Virus record (IMG/VR): IMGVR_UViG_3300021399_000067
Location: 1 to 33,235 of that record
DNA length: 33,235 bases
Reading direction: 5' to 3' (one strand)
Origin: a virus
A program made the position numbers and the translations under genes. Below, one piece after another: positions 15,412 to 22,571 of the stretch (position 1 is its first letter; every line of letters begins with the position of its first letter). The notes below the pieces were generated by a model. It did not search any database and was not told where the DNA came from. It saw only the letters and a program-made list of their open reading frames with translations.

Positions 15412-15414
15412 CAA

Positions 15415-16092
15415 TTAATCAAATGTGAACGGCAATTCCAATTCATCCTGTGCCTCGGGAATCGGCATCGGCTCGGGGATGGGTTCGGGCATCGGTTCGA
15501 GTTCCTGCGCCTTTTCCATTGCGGCCTTTTTGGCGGCAACGCAGGATTTGCAAACGTACTTGCCCCATCTGTCGTGTGATTTCTTCGCCCACGTGGCATC
15601 CGTGAACAACTTGTGGCAATTAGCGCATTCATACTTAATATGTGCCTTGGGTTCCGCCTTGGCCGCCTGTGGCGCATTCTGTTGCATGATGGCGGATGCC
15701 ATTTCGTCTGCGGATGCTATGGATTCAACGATGCCGAATCCTGCCATACCCAACGCCCTGCCAACGGCCGATGTTTCGCAATTCTCGATGTATGATGTGC
15801 GATTGATGACGGACGAATCTTCGCTTTCGTATGATGTCCCCGTTCCGAGAATCCGCAGGGATCCATCCTCCATGTAATATCCCACCTTGGCAACCATTAC
15901 GATGATGCCGTCCACGTGGGACACAATGTCCGTCATAATGAACCCATCCGGGAACACGGAACGGAACGCATTAACGCGTTCGTTAACGGATGCGTATTCC
16001 TTGCTAATCTCTTTCCCCAATTTCTTATCCCATCGGGTAATCGTCATGGTCTTTATATTCTTGTTTGCCTTTTTCAATTCTTCGTATGTCAT
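15415..16092 (-). CDS. Single-strand annealing protein (Sak/Rad52-like or ERF-like) with C-terminal Zn ribbon and acidic tail
   Basis: 225 aa after the Gp157-like gene. Motif IENCETSAVGRALGMAGFG; CANC...CKSC; acidic end DELELPFTFD reminiscent of SSB-type tails. Confidence 0.55.
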   Translation of the reverse strand: MTYEELKKANKNIKTMTITRWDKKLGKEISKEYASVNERVNAFRSVFPDGFIMTDIVSHVDGIIVMVAKVGYYMEDGSLRILGTGTSYESEDSSVINRTSYIENCETSAVGRALGMAGFGIVESIASADEMASAIMQQNAPQAAKAEPKAHIKYECANCHKLFTDATWAKKSHDRWGKYVCKSCVAAKKAAMEKAQELEPMPEPIPEPMPIPEAQDELELPFTFD

Positions 16093-16107
16093 TGTATGCC
16101 TCCTTGT

Positions 16108-16611
16108 TTATTTAATCTGTATGTTCTTCTTTTCTTCGATGTATGCGCCATCAACGATTTCGCCGCCATCGATTGCCTCTTTGATTGCCTTTTTGTCCGG
16201 GGCAAATGTTACCTTTTCCGTCACGAAACGGGGATCCAACAAATCCACGTTGGGGACCACAACCGAACGCGAAGAACGGAACGACAACTTGACACGATTT
16301 GACTTGAATTCCGTTTCGCCTGCGCCCTGCATGGATGTGGCCAAATAATCCTTAAGTCTTTCCGCCTTGTTGGCCGCAATCGTTGCCCTGTCCGCCAATT
16401 TCTTGGATTCCGCCTTAAGGGCATCCGCCTCCGCAACGCATTCCTTGTAATACAATGCGATGTTCTCAATCTTCGTGTTCCTTTCTGCGTTCAACGCCTC
16501 GATGCGCTCGAAATCACCATCCGCAATGCATCCGTCCTCATCCATGGACGAATAAAGCGCATCCAACGCCTCGCGAATCTGTGAATCGATGTCAAACAAT
16601 GAAAATCCCAT
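16108..16611 (-). CDS. Siphovirus Gp157-like protein
   Basis: Trimmed to the ATG at 16611 (GGAGGTGATGAATTT upstream). Coiled-coil N-terminus and conserved C-terminal half (...VTFAPDKKAIKEAI...). Confidence 0.65.
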   Translation of the reverse strand: MGFSLFDIDSQIREALDALYSSMDEDGCIADGDFERIEALNAERNTKIENIALYYKECVAEADALKAESKKLADRATIAANKAERLKDYLATSMQGAGETEFKSNRVKLSFRSSRSVVVPNVDLLDPRFVTEKVTFAPDKKAIKEAIDGGEIVDGAYIEEKKNIQIK

Positions 16612-16665
16612 AAATTCATCACCTCCGTGTATATATTTGGCGGCATGGGTACCCGCCACGCATAT

Positions 16666-16694
16666 ATGATACACCACATTGTAAATATATGCAA
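16666..16694 (-). promoter_or_regulatory. Promoter TTGCAT-17-TATCAT for the recombination genes
   Basis: -35 at 16689-16694 and -10 at 16666-16671, just downstream of the terminator at 16704-16736. Confidence 0.45.
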
Positions 16695-16703
16695 TACGAG
16701 AAA

Positions 16704-16736
16704 TCAAAAACCGCAGGAACCGAAATCCCTGCGGTT
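16704..16736 (-). terminator. Intrinsic terminator AACCGCAGG-10 nt-CCTGCGGTT followed by TTTTT
   Basis: 9-bp stem at 16709-16717/16728-16736 followed by a T5 run on the minus strand. Confidence 0.7.
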
Positions 16737-16774
16737 AATGAGTGAAAACCACGGTGGTGATGTGATGTAACACG

Positions 16775-16803
16775 ATTATATATCAACCGCGCAATTTGTT
16801 CAA
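16775..16803 (-). promoter_or_regulatory. Near-consensus promoter TTGAAC-17-TATAAT followed by the conserved box CGTGTTACA
   Basis: -35 at 16798-16803 (inside the end of CDS 16783..17085) and -10 at 16775-16780. The terminator lies only about 40-70 nt downstream. Confidence 0.6.
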
Positions 16804-17085
16804 CGCGGCATCGTATAACCGGGGTTGAAAAGCACGGACCGTTTCCATCACCTCATCAATCACGGGCCATACTTTGGATGCATCTTTGCCGTGAACCATC
16901 TGCAAGAATTCCGAATTCCCATTAACATTAATCACTACTTCCCGGGATGATGCTTGCATCGGTTCGGATCCATACATGTGGTCGAGAAGAATATAAAAGG
17001 TTGCCAATTTCTCGCAATCTTGGTATGTTGCGCACGAATTCTCCAATTCGTCTATGGCATCCAATAATTGCGGTTTGGTCAACAT
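16783..17085 (-). CDS. Hypothetical protein (100 aa)
   Basis: ORF with RBS; last gene of the 19931->16783 cassette. Confidence 0.55.
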   Translation of the reverse strand: MLTKPQLLDAIDELENSCATYQDCEKLATFYILLDHMYGSEPMQASSREVVINVNGNSEFLQMVHGKDASKVWPVIDEVMETVRAFQPRLYDAALNKLRG

Positions 17086-17088
17086 GGA

Positions 17089-17538
17089 TTATTCCTCCAT
17101 GCGCCTAATGATTTTCTGCAATGCCCTGCGTTCATCCTCGGATGATACCTCGGACATCATGTCGCGCAGGATTTGCACCTTTTCTTCGTTGCCATCATCG
17201 TATGAATAACCATCGTTACGCGAATATCTACCACGGCCACCGCGTGCGGACGGATAACCGCCCTCGCGCGAATATCTGCCCATGGAATCCCTGCGTGCAT
17301 TGGATCCACGGCCGCGTGCGTTGGAATAACCGCGATTTGTCATGCCGTCCATGCCATCTGCGTTCGAATATTCGCCATCCTCGGAATATTCCTCGTACAT
17401 GATAATCTTGCATGAATTCTTGATGGAATTTAACAGTTTGTCGATTGTTTCCAAACTCCCGGCGGACAATTCGCCCTTGCGCACGATTTCGTCCAATTCC
17501 TTTTTGAGCATGTCTTTAACATCGTAATATGTGTGCAT
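17089..17538 (-). CDS. Hypothetical protein with helical ends and an Arg/Gly/Tyr/Ser-rich disordered core
   Basis: 149 aa; RBS AAAGGAGGAACCGAAGATG; low-complexity core ...RGYSNARGRGSNARRDSMGRYSREGGYPSARGGRGRYSRNDGYSY... Confidence 0.55.
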   Translation of the reverse strand: MHTYYDVKDMLKKELDEIVRKGELSAGSLETIDKLLNSIKNSCKIIMYEEYSEDGEYSNADGMDGMTNRGYSNARGRGSNARRDSMGRYSREGGYPSARGGRGRYSRNDGYSYDDGNEEKVQILRDMMSEVSSEDERRALQKIIRRMEE

Positions 17539-17556
17539 CTTCGGTTCCTCCTTTCC

Positions 17557-18015
17557 TTAAGCGATTCGCGTAATTACGAGATTTGCATTTTTCAAATTGA
17601 TGGATGCGGGCGGCGTTGTCGCAGGATCCTCAACCGTTGCATCGATATAACGGACCGATGCGGCAAAACAACACCCCTTGGGGATGGTCACGATGGCCGT
17701 GGCCGTTATATTGCCGTATTCGTCCACCGCCTGCGGCGTGAATATCGCCGTGGATGTAACCCGGGGTTCGCCATCAACGGCAATTGCCATTGCTATTGGC
17801 GCAACATCCTCGCCCTCCGGGATTGCGATATTTCCGTTAAAGGTCAATTGATACCTTGCGAAACAATTGTTGTTGCATGTCCTGCCACGCAAAATAAAAA
17901 TCCCTGTTTCATCCTCATGGTACACATTGCCATTGGGGCATGGGATAGAGGCCGTAAATAATGCCGGGGCATTCAACGCAATGGATTGAACGGCATTTGC
18001 CAAATATTCTGCCAT
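17557..18015 (-). CDS. Hypothetical beta-rich Cys-containing protein (152 aa)
   Basis: RBS AAGGAGGTGTAATCCATG. By eye the pattern is reminiscent of TNF/C1q-like jelly-roll spore-surface domains (BclA-C / ExsF type). This resemblance is low confidence. Confidence 0.5.
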   Translation of the reverse strand: MAEYLANAVQSIALNAPALFTASIPCPNGNVYHEDETGIFILRGRTCNNNCFARYQLTFNGNIAIPEGEDVAPIAMAIAVDGEPRVTSTAIFTPQAVDEYGNITATAIVTIPKGCCFAASVRYIDATVEDPATTPPASINLKNANLVITRIA

Positions 18016-18028
18016 GGATTACACCTCC

Positions 18029-18838
18029 TTATCCGTTACATCCGCAACCGCAACCATTGTTGCATGTGAAAATGTTTTGACGGCCATAAACGGGAACGGA
18101 CGGAATCGGACAATTAGAAAGACGATTATACAAAGCATCGATTTCTTGATTGAATCCGTTTTGTATAAACGCATTCTGTGCCGTCTGCGATGCGGCAAGG
18201 TTTGCCATGGTCAACTGTCTTTCAAGGTCCGCGATTTTTTCGTTTTTGGCATCGATTTTATCGTTACAGATTTGGTCAAGTATTTTTTGCGTGTTTGCCG
18301 TTTGGTTCACGAGAATATCACGGATACCATCGGACACGGCCGCCCTGTCTGCGCAGGCCTCGCGTGCAATATCCGCACCGAGGTTGGCAATGCCCAACCT
18401 ATTTTCGCAACAACAATCGGCAAACTGTTGTGATAATGCGAAATTCTGTTGCATGTTGGCCATCTGCCTGCCGTTGGCGGCAATTTCTGCCTGTGCAAAT
18501 CCATTCTGCACGGTTCCTTGCATGTCTGCGCAACAATTGCATAACTGTTGTGCAAGTGATGTCACGCCGTCACGAATCGATGTGATGTTGCCATTCAACA
18601 TTTGGTCACGGAATCCATCGGATGTAATCTCCGCTTGGTTCATCCACGGATATAATCCGCCTGCGCCTCCGTTACCGCCTCCGTTGTTGAATCCGTTGCC
18701 CCATCCGCCGTTGAAAAGGCAAAGGAACAAAAGGATAATCCACCATGAACCATCCCCGCCGAATCCGTCATTGTTTCTTGAACCGCCGACAACCGCGGCA
18801 AGGTCCGCCGCGCTCATTTCGCCTGTTGTTAGTGACAT
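18029..18838 (-). CDS. Cys-rich coiled-coil protein with a double-glycine-type leader and a Gly-rich hydrophobic segment
   Basis: 269 aa. N-terminus MSLTTGEMSAADLAAVVGG matches the LSxxELxxIxGG leader consensus at -12,-11,-8,-7,-4,-2,-1. Then GDGSWWIILLFLCLFNGGWGNGFNNGGGNGGAGG. 14 Cys in clusters (CNCC, DCCCE, CNNGCGCGCNG). Confidence 0.6.
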   Translation of the reverse strand: MSLTTGEMSAADLAAVVGGSRNNDGFGGDGSWWIILLFLCLFNGGWGNGFNNGGGNGGAGGLYPWMNQAEITSDGFRDQMLNGNITSIRDGVTSLAQQLCNCCADMQGTVQNGFAQAEIAANGRQMANMQQNFALSQQFADCCCENRLGIANLGADIAREACADRAAVSDGIRDILVNQTANTQKILDQICNDKIDAKNEKIADLERQLTMANLAASQTAQNAFIQNGFNQEIDALYNRLSNCPIPSVPVYGRQNIFTCNNGCGCGCNG

Positions 18839-18902
18839 TTGTTTTTTCTCCTTTCGTTGGATTTTGATTTATATTTCCTGTTGCAACAATTGGAAATCAT
18901 GG

Positions 18903-19112
18903 TTACCGCATGTTTTTCATTTGGTTGTATATTTGGTCCGCCTGTTGGGCGTATTGATTAATTTGCGCCTGCGAAATCCTGCCCGAATTAAGCATGTTTT
19001 GCACCACTTGTTTGGGATTCCCGGTGAATAACCTTTTGAATTCCATCAATGTTTGCATCATGTTGTTGCTCGGCATCTTCGGTCCCAATTGATTGAATAA
19101 TGGTGATGGCAT
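18903..19112 (-). CDS. Hypothetical Gln/Asn-rich helical protein (69 aa)
   Basis: Compact ORF tightly linked to its neighbours. Confidence 0.5.
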   Translation of the reverse strand: MPSPLFNQLGPKMPSNNMMQTLMEFKRLFTGNPKQVVQNMLNSGRISQAQINQYAQQADQIYNQMKNMR

Positions 19113-19115
19113 GGT

Positions 19116-19544
19116 TTATCCCTCCGCGTGTTCGGATCCATCAAGGATTCCGTTTATATCCTTTGTGATTTTTGCCTTGAATGCATCGAATTCCGAACGC
19201 GGCACATAATCGGGATTTGTCCCCGGTTTGTCCCCAACATGTCCCCGGTTTGTCCCCGATTGTTCGCGCTCCTTATAATCGAAGATACGCAGGGGCAACG
19301 GCATGCCGCTTTGGTCCATTGACTTGATGTAAAAAACGGATTCCTCCGAATCCATCAATAAAGCAGATTGTCCCGATGCCACGGGATGCGATTTCGCGGC
19401 CGCCTCGCCTTGAACCCATGTAATCCCATTGTTGGATGTGGTAACGCCGTTTTGGGGCATCTGTGCGCCCTGTGGCGGCATCTGCGGCGTTGGCACCATA
19501 TACATTGGATTGTAAAACTGTGGAATGTAATTGTTATATGCCAT
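19116..19544 (-). CDS. Hypothetical protein (142 aa; Pro/Gln-rich N-terminus, conserved-looking core WVQGEAAAKSHPVASGQSALLMDSEESVFYIKSMDQSGMP)
   Basis: ORF with RBS; contains an 18-bp perfect direct repeat at 19218-19235 and 19240-19257. Confidence 0.55.
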   Translation of the reverse strand: MAYNNYIPQFYNPMYMVPTPQMPPQGAQMPQNGVTTSNNGITWVQGEAAAKSHPVASGQSALLMDSEESVFYIKSMDQSGMPLPLRIFDYKEREQSGTNRGHVGDKPGTNPDYVPRSEFDAFKAKITKDINGILDGSEHAEG

Positions 19545-19550
19545 TTGGGT

Positions 19551-19931
19551 TTATTCCTCCTTTTCCCAAAAATACAAAAGAATCTCCGAACCCGAATCCC
19601 ACGAATCAAAATAGGATCCGTTCTCGATGCAACATACATGCCCTTGCGATGCAACGACATATGTTCCTTTTGGATGGTCCTTGGCGAAATCTGCGATGGT
19701 GATGCATGCCGGGCAAATGGATGGAACCATCTTTTGTTCAAATCCGTGTTTCCGCAGGAACATGCCCCACACATAATTGGCGGACGGCATGTCATGGTAA
19801 AATAACCCCTCGGCGCACAACCCAACGTATGCATCTTCCCAATCTTTGTTCAATGCCTTGGCAATCGCACGAACGGCGCAATCGCCCACCCTTTGATTGT
19901 TTGGATTCGGATTATAACGAACGTATGCCAT
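19551..19931 (-). CDS. Putative papain-fold Cys-His hydrolase (126 aa)
   Basis: Trimmed to the ATG at 19931 (AAGGAGGGCAGGAACC upstream). Candidate catalytic NQRVGDCAVRAI and QGHVCCIENGSYFDSWDSG motifs. Confidence 0.5.
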   Translation of the reverse strand: MAYVRYNPNPNNQRVGDCAVRAIAKALNKDWEDAYVGLCAEGLFYHDMPSANYVWGMFLRKHGFEQKMVPSICPACITIADFAKDHPKGTYVVASQGHVCCIENGSYFDSWDSGSEILLYFWEKEE

Positions 19932-19999
19932 GGTTCCTGCCCTCCTTGCCTTAATTGTGGCAAATGGGCAATCGATATTGAATGAATCGGAAATGCGTG

Positions 20000-20021
20000 T
20001 TTTACGCAATTTTTACGCAAT
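20000..20021 (-). repeat. Perfect tandem 11-mer ATTGCGTAAAA x2 (minus-strand reading)
   Basis: ttttacgcaat twice on the plus strand, between a terminator and the first cassette gene. Confidence 0.8.
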
Positions 20022-20052
20022 AAAACAGGGGCCGCATGCTCGCGGTCCCTGT
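20021..20052 (-). terminator. Intrinsic terminator ACAGGGACCGC-GAGCAT-GCGGCCCCTGT followed by TTTTA
   Basis: GC-rich hairpin at 20025-20052 (one A/C mismatch) plus a T tract, directly after the sigma-like gene. Confidence 0.6.
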
Positions 20053-20076
20053 CTTACAAAAAGGAGAAGAAAATAA

Positions 20077-20298
20077 TTATGGAATGTGTTTGAAGATGAT
20101 ATCTTCGCACCTTAAAACAATGTTTTGAATCTGCCTCGGGGATAAATCGAACTCATCCGCCAAATCTTCAATTAGGATCCTGTCCAACAATCTGCGTTTG
20201 ATGATGGCGCGATTCCTTTTATTGTGAATATATGAATCAATCGCACTCACAATTTGTTCGGCGGATATATCATCCCAATTATAACGAATCTTCGGCAT
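20077..20298 (-). CDS. Sigma-70 region-4-like HTH transcriptional regulator (73 aa)
   Basis: ...RNRAIIKRRLLDRILIEDLADEFDLSPRQIQNIV... resembles region 4 of sigma factors and phage late activators. Confidence 0.5.
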   Translation of the reverse strand: MPKIRYNWDDISAEQIVSAIDSYIHNKRNRAIIKRRLLDRILIEDLADEFDLSPRQIQNIVLRCEDIIFKHIP

Positions 20299-20779
20299 TT
20301 AACGCCTCTTTCGTCTGCCCCTGCGCCTCGTTACTCGTACTCGTGCCATTGTTTATGTCACCGTCCCCATTAAGATAATTGGCGATTCCCTCGCCCTCCG
20401 AATCTACATCAACGGAATAATCATCCACAATCTCGTATGTATTCCATTGGTAAATCCAATACATGTTGGACCCGACAAAAAGAATAACAAGGATGATGAT
20501 AACAATAATCAACCATCGGTTGTGCCTGTCCATCCGTGCCAATGCCGATTCAAACGCCATAAACGGCACCGCATCGTCCTTGTTTCCCATCGGATCCATC
20601 CTCCTATTTGTGATTATATCCGATGGTGGCTTGGATGGCAATGTGTCCGAGAATTCACCGCAGGATTCATGCTCCGGGAATTCAACATCACGATGGAACG
20701 GGCAATGGCCACGCATGTTCTTAATATCATCCTTGATAAAATGGATGCAATGTCCGCAAATGTCGTTTGTCTTATTCAT
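20279..20779 (-). CDS. Cys/His-rich N-terminal domain + single TM + acidic/Gly-rich C-terminal domain (anti-sigma-like topology)
   Basis: Trimmed to the ATG at 20779 (AAAAGGAGGCAAACAATG). CGHC...HCPFH...C, then TM WLIIVIIILVILFVGSNMYWIY. Overlaps the sigma-like gene by 20 nt. Confidence 0.5.
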   Translation of the reverse strand: MNKTNDICGHCIHFIKDDIKNMRGHCPFHRDVEFPEHESCGEFSDTLPSKPPSDIITNRRMDPMGNKDDAVPFMAFESALARMDRHNRWLIIVIIILVILFVGSNMYWIYQWNTYEIVDDYSVDVDSEGEGIANYLNGDGDINNGTSTSNEAQGQTKEALNAEDSL

Positions 20780-21146
20780 TGTTTGCCTCCTTTTCTGCAT
20801 CTAACATAACATATTCGTTATCAATCACCCTGCATTCAATCGTTAACCTTGTATCGCAGGAAATCCGTTGTGCCTCGAATCTGTCGTGCAATGTAACATA
20901 GACATCACAATATGTTGGTGTTGATGTCAACGATACCGTGTTAACAGAAATCGGCGCAATCACAATTTTGGGTCCTTTGTCTGTGTTAATCTTCAATCGG
21001 ATGTATGATTTTGCACCGCCCCTCTTGTTTTCACCCGTAAAATCAATGGCCATCATGTCGTAAACCTTGGATCCGCAATAAACGCATGTTCCTGCATCGT
21101 TTAGGATTCCGCCGCAATTGGGACAATTCTTCAATTGTTCAATCAT
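20772..21146 (-). CDS. Zinc-ribbon protein (124 aa)
   Basis: CPNCGG...CVYCGS N-terminus; RBS present. Confidence 0.5.
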   Translation of the reverse strand: MIEQLKNCPNCGGILNDAGTCVYCGSKVYDMMAIDFTGENKRGGAKSYIRLKINTDKGPKIVIAPISVNTVSLTSTPTYCDVYVTLHDRFEAQRISCDTRLTIECRVIDNEYVMLDAEKEANNE

Positions 21147-21396
21147 TCGTATTGCCCTCCTTTTCCGCCAAAAAGCACCATCCCTCGGGATCAGTCTTCA
21201 TATAACCATTGCCCCACTTGGTGCATGCCTCGTGTCCTGTGATTATCGGAACGCCCGGGCATGCCTCGGTAAAAACATCCTCCAAATAGTATTTGCAATG
21301 CTTGCACTTGATTAATTCCGTGGGGACCATCTCAATTGATGCCAATTTTGGTTTGTATTCGAACACCATACCATCGGGAATATCAATTCTTGCCAT
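21139..21396 (-). CDS. Small Cys-rich protein (85 aa)
   Basis: CKHCKYY...C...C; shares the conserved junction sequence at its start. Confidence 0.5.
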   Translation of the reverse strand: MARIDIPDGMVFEYKPKLASIEMVPTELIKCKHCKYYLEDVFTEACPGVPIITGHEACTKWGNGYMKTDPEGWCFLAEKEGNTND

Positions 21397-21595
21397 TGTC
21401 TGCCTCCTTTCTCATTGGTACTAAATATCCATCGGGTAAACAATCAAATAAATGTTGTAATGCATTATATGAATTAATCTGCATTGTTACCAATGGATTT
21501 TGATTGCATGTTTTCAATTCGCGTATAGCATCATTAATCGATGCTTGTATTTCATCCCGCAACCTTGGCGTTAATGGTTTATATATCGTTGCCAT
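21383..21595 (-). CDS. Hypothetical protein (70 aa)
   Basis: Trimmed to the ATG at 21595, preceded by AAAAGGAGGCAGACA. Confidence 0.5.
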   Translation of the reverse strand: MATIYKPLTPRLRDEIQASINDAIRELKTCNQNPLVTMQINSYNALQHLFDCLPDGYLVPMRKEADNGKN

Positions 21596-21770
21596 TGTCT
21601 GCCTCCTTTTCTGCACCATAGTATTTTTCCAAATCCGCCTCAACCCAACAATCGGGGCAAATAACGGGTTCATTCAATGCGATGCCCACGAAATTAAAAA
21701 GGGCATTCCCGGGAATGTGGCAATCCTCGGTTGCAAATAGGTTTTTGCAACCATAACACATCCTAATCAA
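21579..21770 (-). CDS. Small zinc-ribbon protein (63 aa, TTG start)
   Basis: TTG at 21770 has the same spacing from GGAGGCAGACA as the ATGs of neighbouring genes; CYGC...CPDC. Confidence 0.45.
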   Translation of the reverse strand: MIRMCYGCKNLFATEDCHIPGNALFNFVGIALNEPVICPDCWVEADLEKYYGAEKEADNGNDI

Positions 21771-21915
21771 TGTCTGCCTCCTTTTCGGGATCCAATACAT
21801 CCCGTGCGCCTTTTATTATTGTTTCTGCCATCTGCAATTCGCTTGCCAAATAATAGCATGCCGATGCAAGAATCATATTTAACACCATGGAACCGATAAA
21901 AAATATATAAATCAT
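21766..21915 (-). CDS. Possible 49-aa membrane peptide (MIYIFFIGSMVLNMILASACYYLASELQ...)
   Basis: ATGA overlap with the upstream stop; RBS AAGGAGGGCAATGC; not in the ORF track. Confidence 0.35.
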
Positions 21916-22298
21916 GCATTGCCCTCCTTTAACAAATCATCAAATGTTATTTGTTCCGATTCTTCAACATCGGTCAAACACCGGGGATTTTTCCATAATA
22001 TGCGATAACCGCAATTCCAACAAAAGTTATCCACGATGTCCTTTAATGTGGATCCGCAATGCCCGCAGGAATAATAATCATGTTTGCGGCCATATACACC
22101 TTTGTGGAATTTCGGTTTTGCCCCAACATATGCATCAACGACATATTGCCTTTGTGGTTCCGAGATTGCCGATGGTGCCAAATCAATTAATCCGCAATAT
22201 GCGCCTTTTTGATATTTGCACCTATCACATTCACAAATACACCGCGCCTTGAATTCCTCGCGCAATCCGTTGGCATCAATCAAGCGAATTATACTCAT
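21912..22298 (-). CDS. Double zinc-ribbon protein (128 aa)
   Basis: Trimmed to the ATG at 22298; CICECDRC...C and CGHCG...CWNCG motifs. Confidence 0.5.
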   Translation of the reverse strand: MSIIRLIDANGLREEFKARCICECDRCKYQKGAYCGLIDLAPSAISEPQRQYVVDAYVGAKPKFHKGVYGRKHDYYSCGHCGSTLKDIVDNFCWNCGYRILWKNPRCLTDVEESEQITFDDLLKEGNA

Positions 22299-22558
22299 GC
22301 CAAATATGCCTCCAATTCTGCCGCCTGCCATCTGTCCAATTCGATGGTTTCACGCTCGTAGTGATTGCCGTTCTCGGTGATGCCGCCGCCGATAAAGATA
22401 AACGCAGGAACCAACGAATATTCCTCGCCATCATCGTGTTCATCGTAACCGATACGGCACGGGATCCATTCGCCGTTGCGCTCAATCTCGCCGAATGCGA
22501 TGTGGTCGCATATGCCCGTGTGTGCCTTGATTAACCCTGTGCGTCTTACGTTCAACAT
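22295..22558 (-). CDS. Hypothetical protein (87 aa)
   Basis: Trimmed to the ATG at 22558 (AAGGAGGGCATTACAATG). Confidence 0.5.
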   Translation of the reverse strand: MLNVRRTGLIKAHTGICDHIAFGEIERNGEWIPCRIGYDEHDDGEEYSLVPAFIFIGGGITENGNHYERETIELDRWQAAELEAYLA

Positions 22559-22571
22559 TGTAATGCCCTCC

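Noticed and set aside
16108-16707. N-terminally extended ORF-track models: 16108..16707, 19551..20009, 1779..2366, 13760..13993, 9296..9775, 29032..30867, 22901..23185 and others
   Set aside because: The extensions cover promoters, terminators or the preceding gene and have no RBS. Internal ATG/TTG starts with GGAGG at the proper spacing, or with ATGA coupling, were used instead.
19218-19257. 18-bp perfect direct repeat (tgtccccggtttgtcccc x2, period 22), considered as an att site or CRISPR-like element
   Set aside because: It lies inside a CDS, where it encodes a duplicated G-(T/D)-(N/K)-(R/P)-G peptide. There are only two copies and no spacer architecture.
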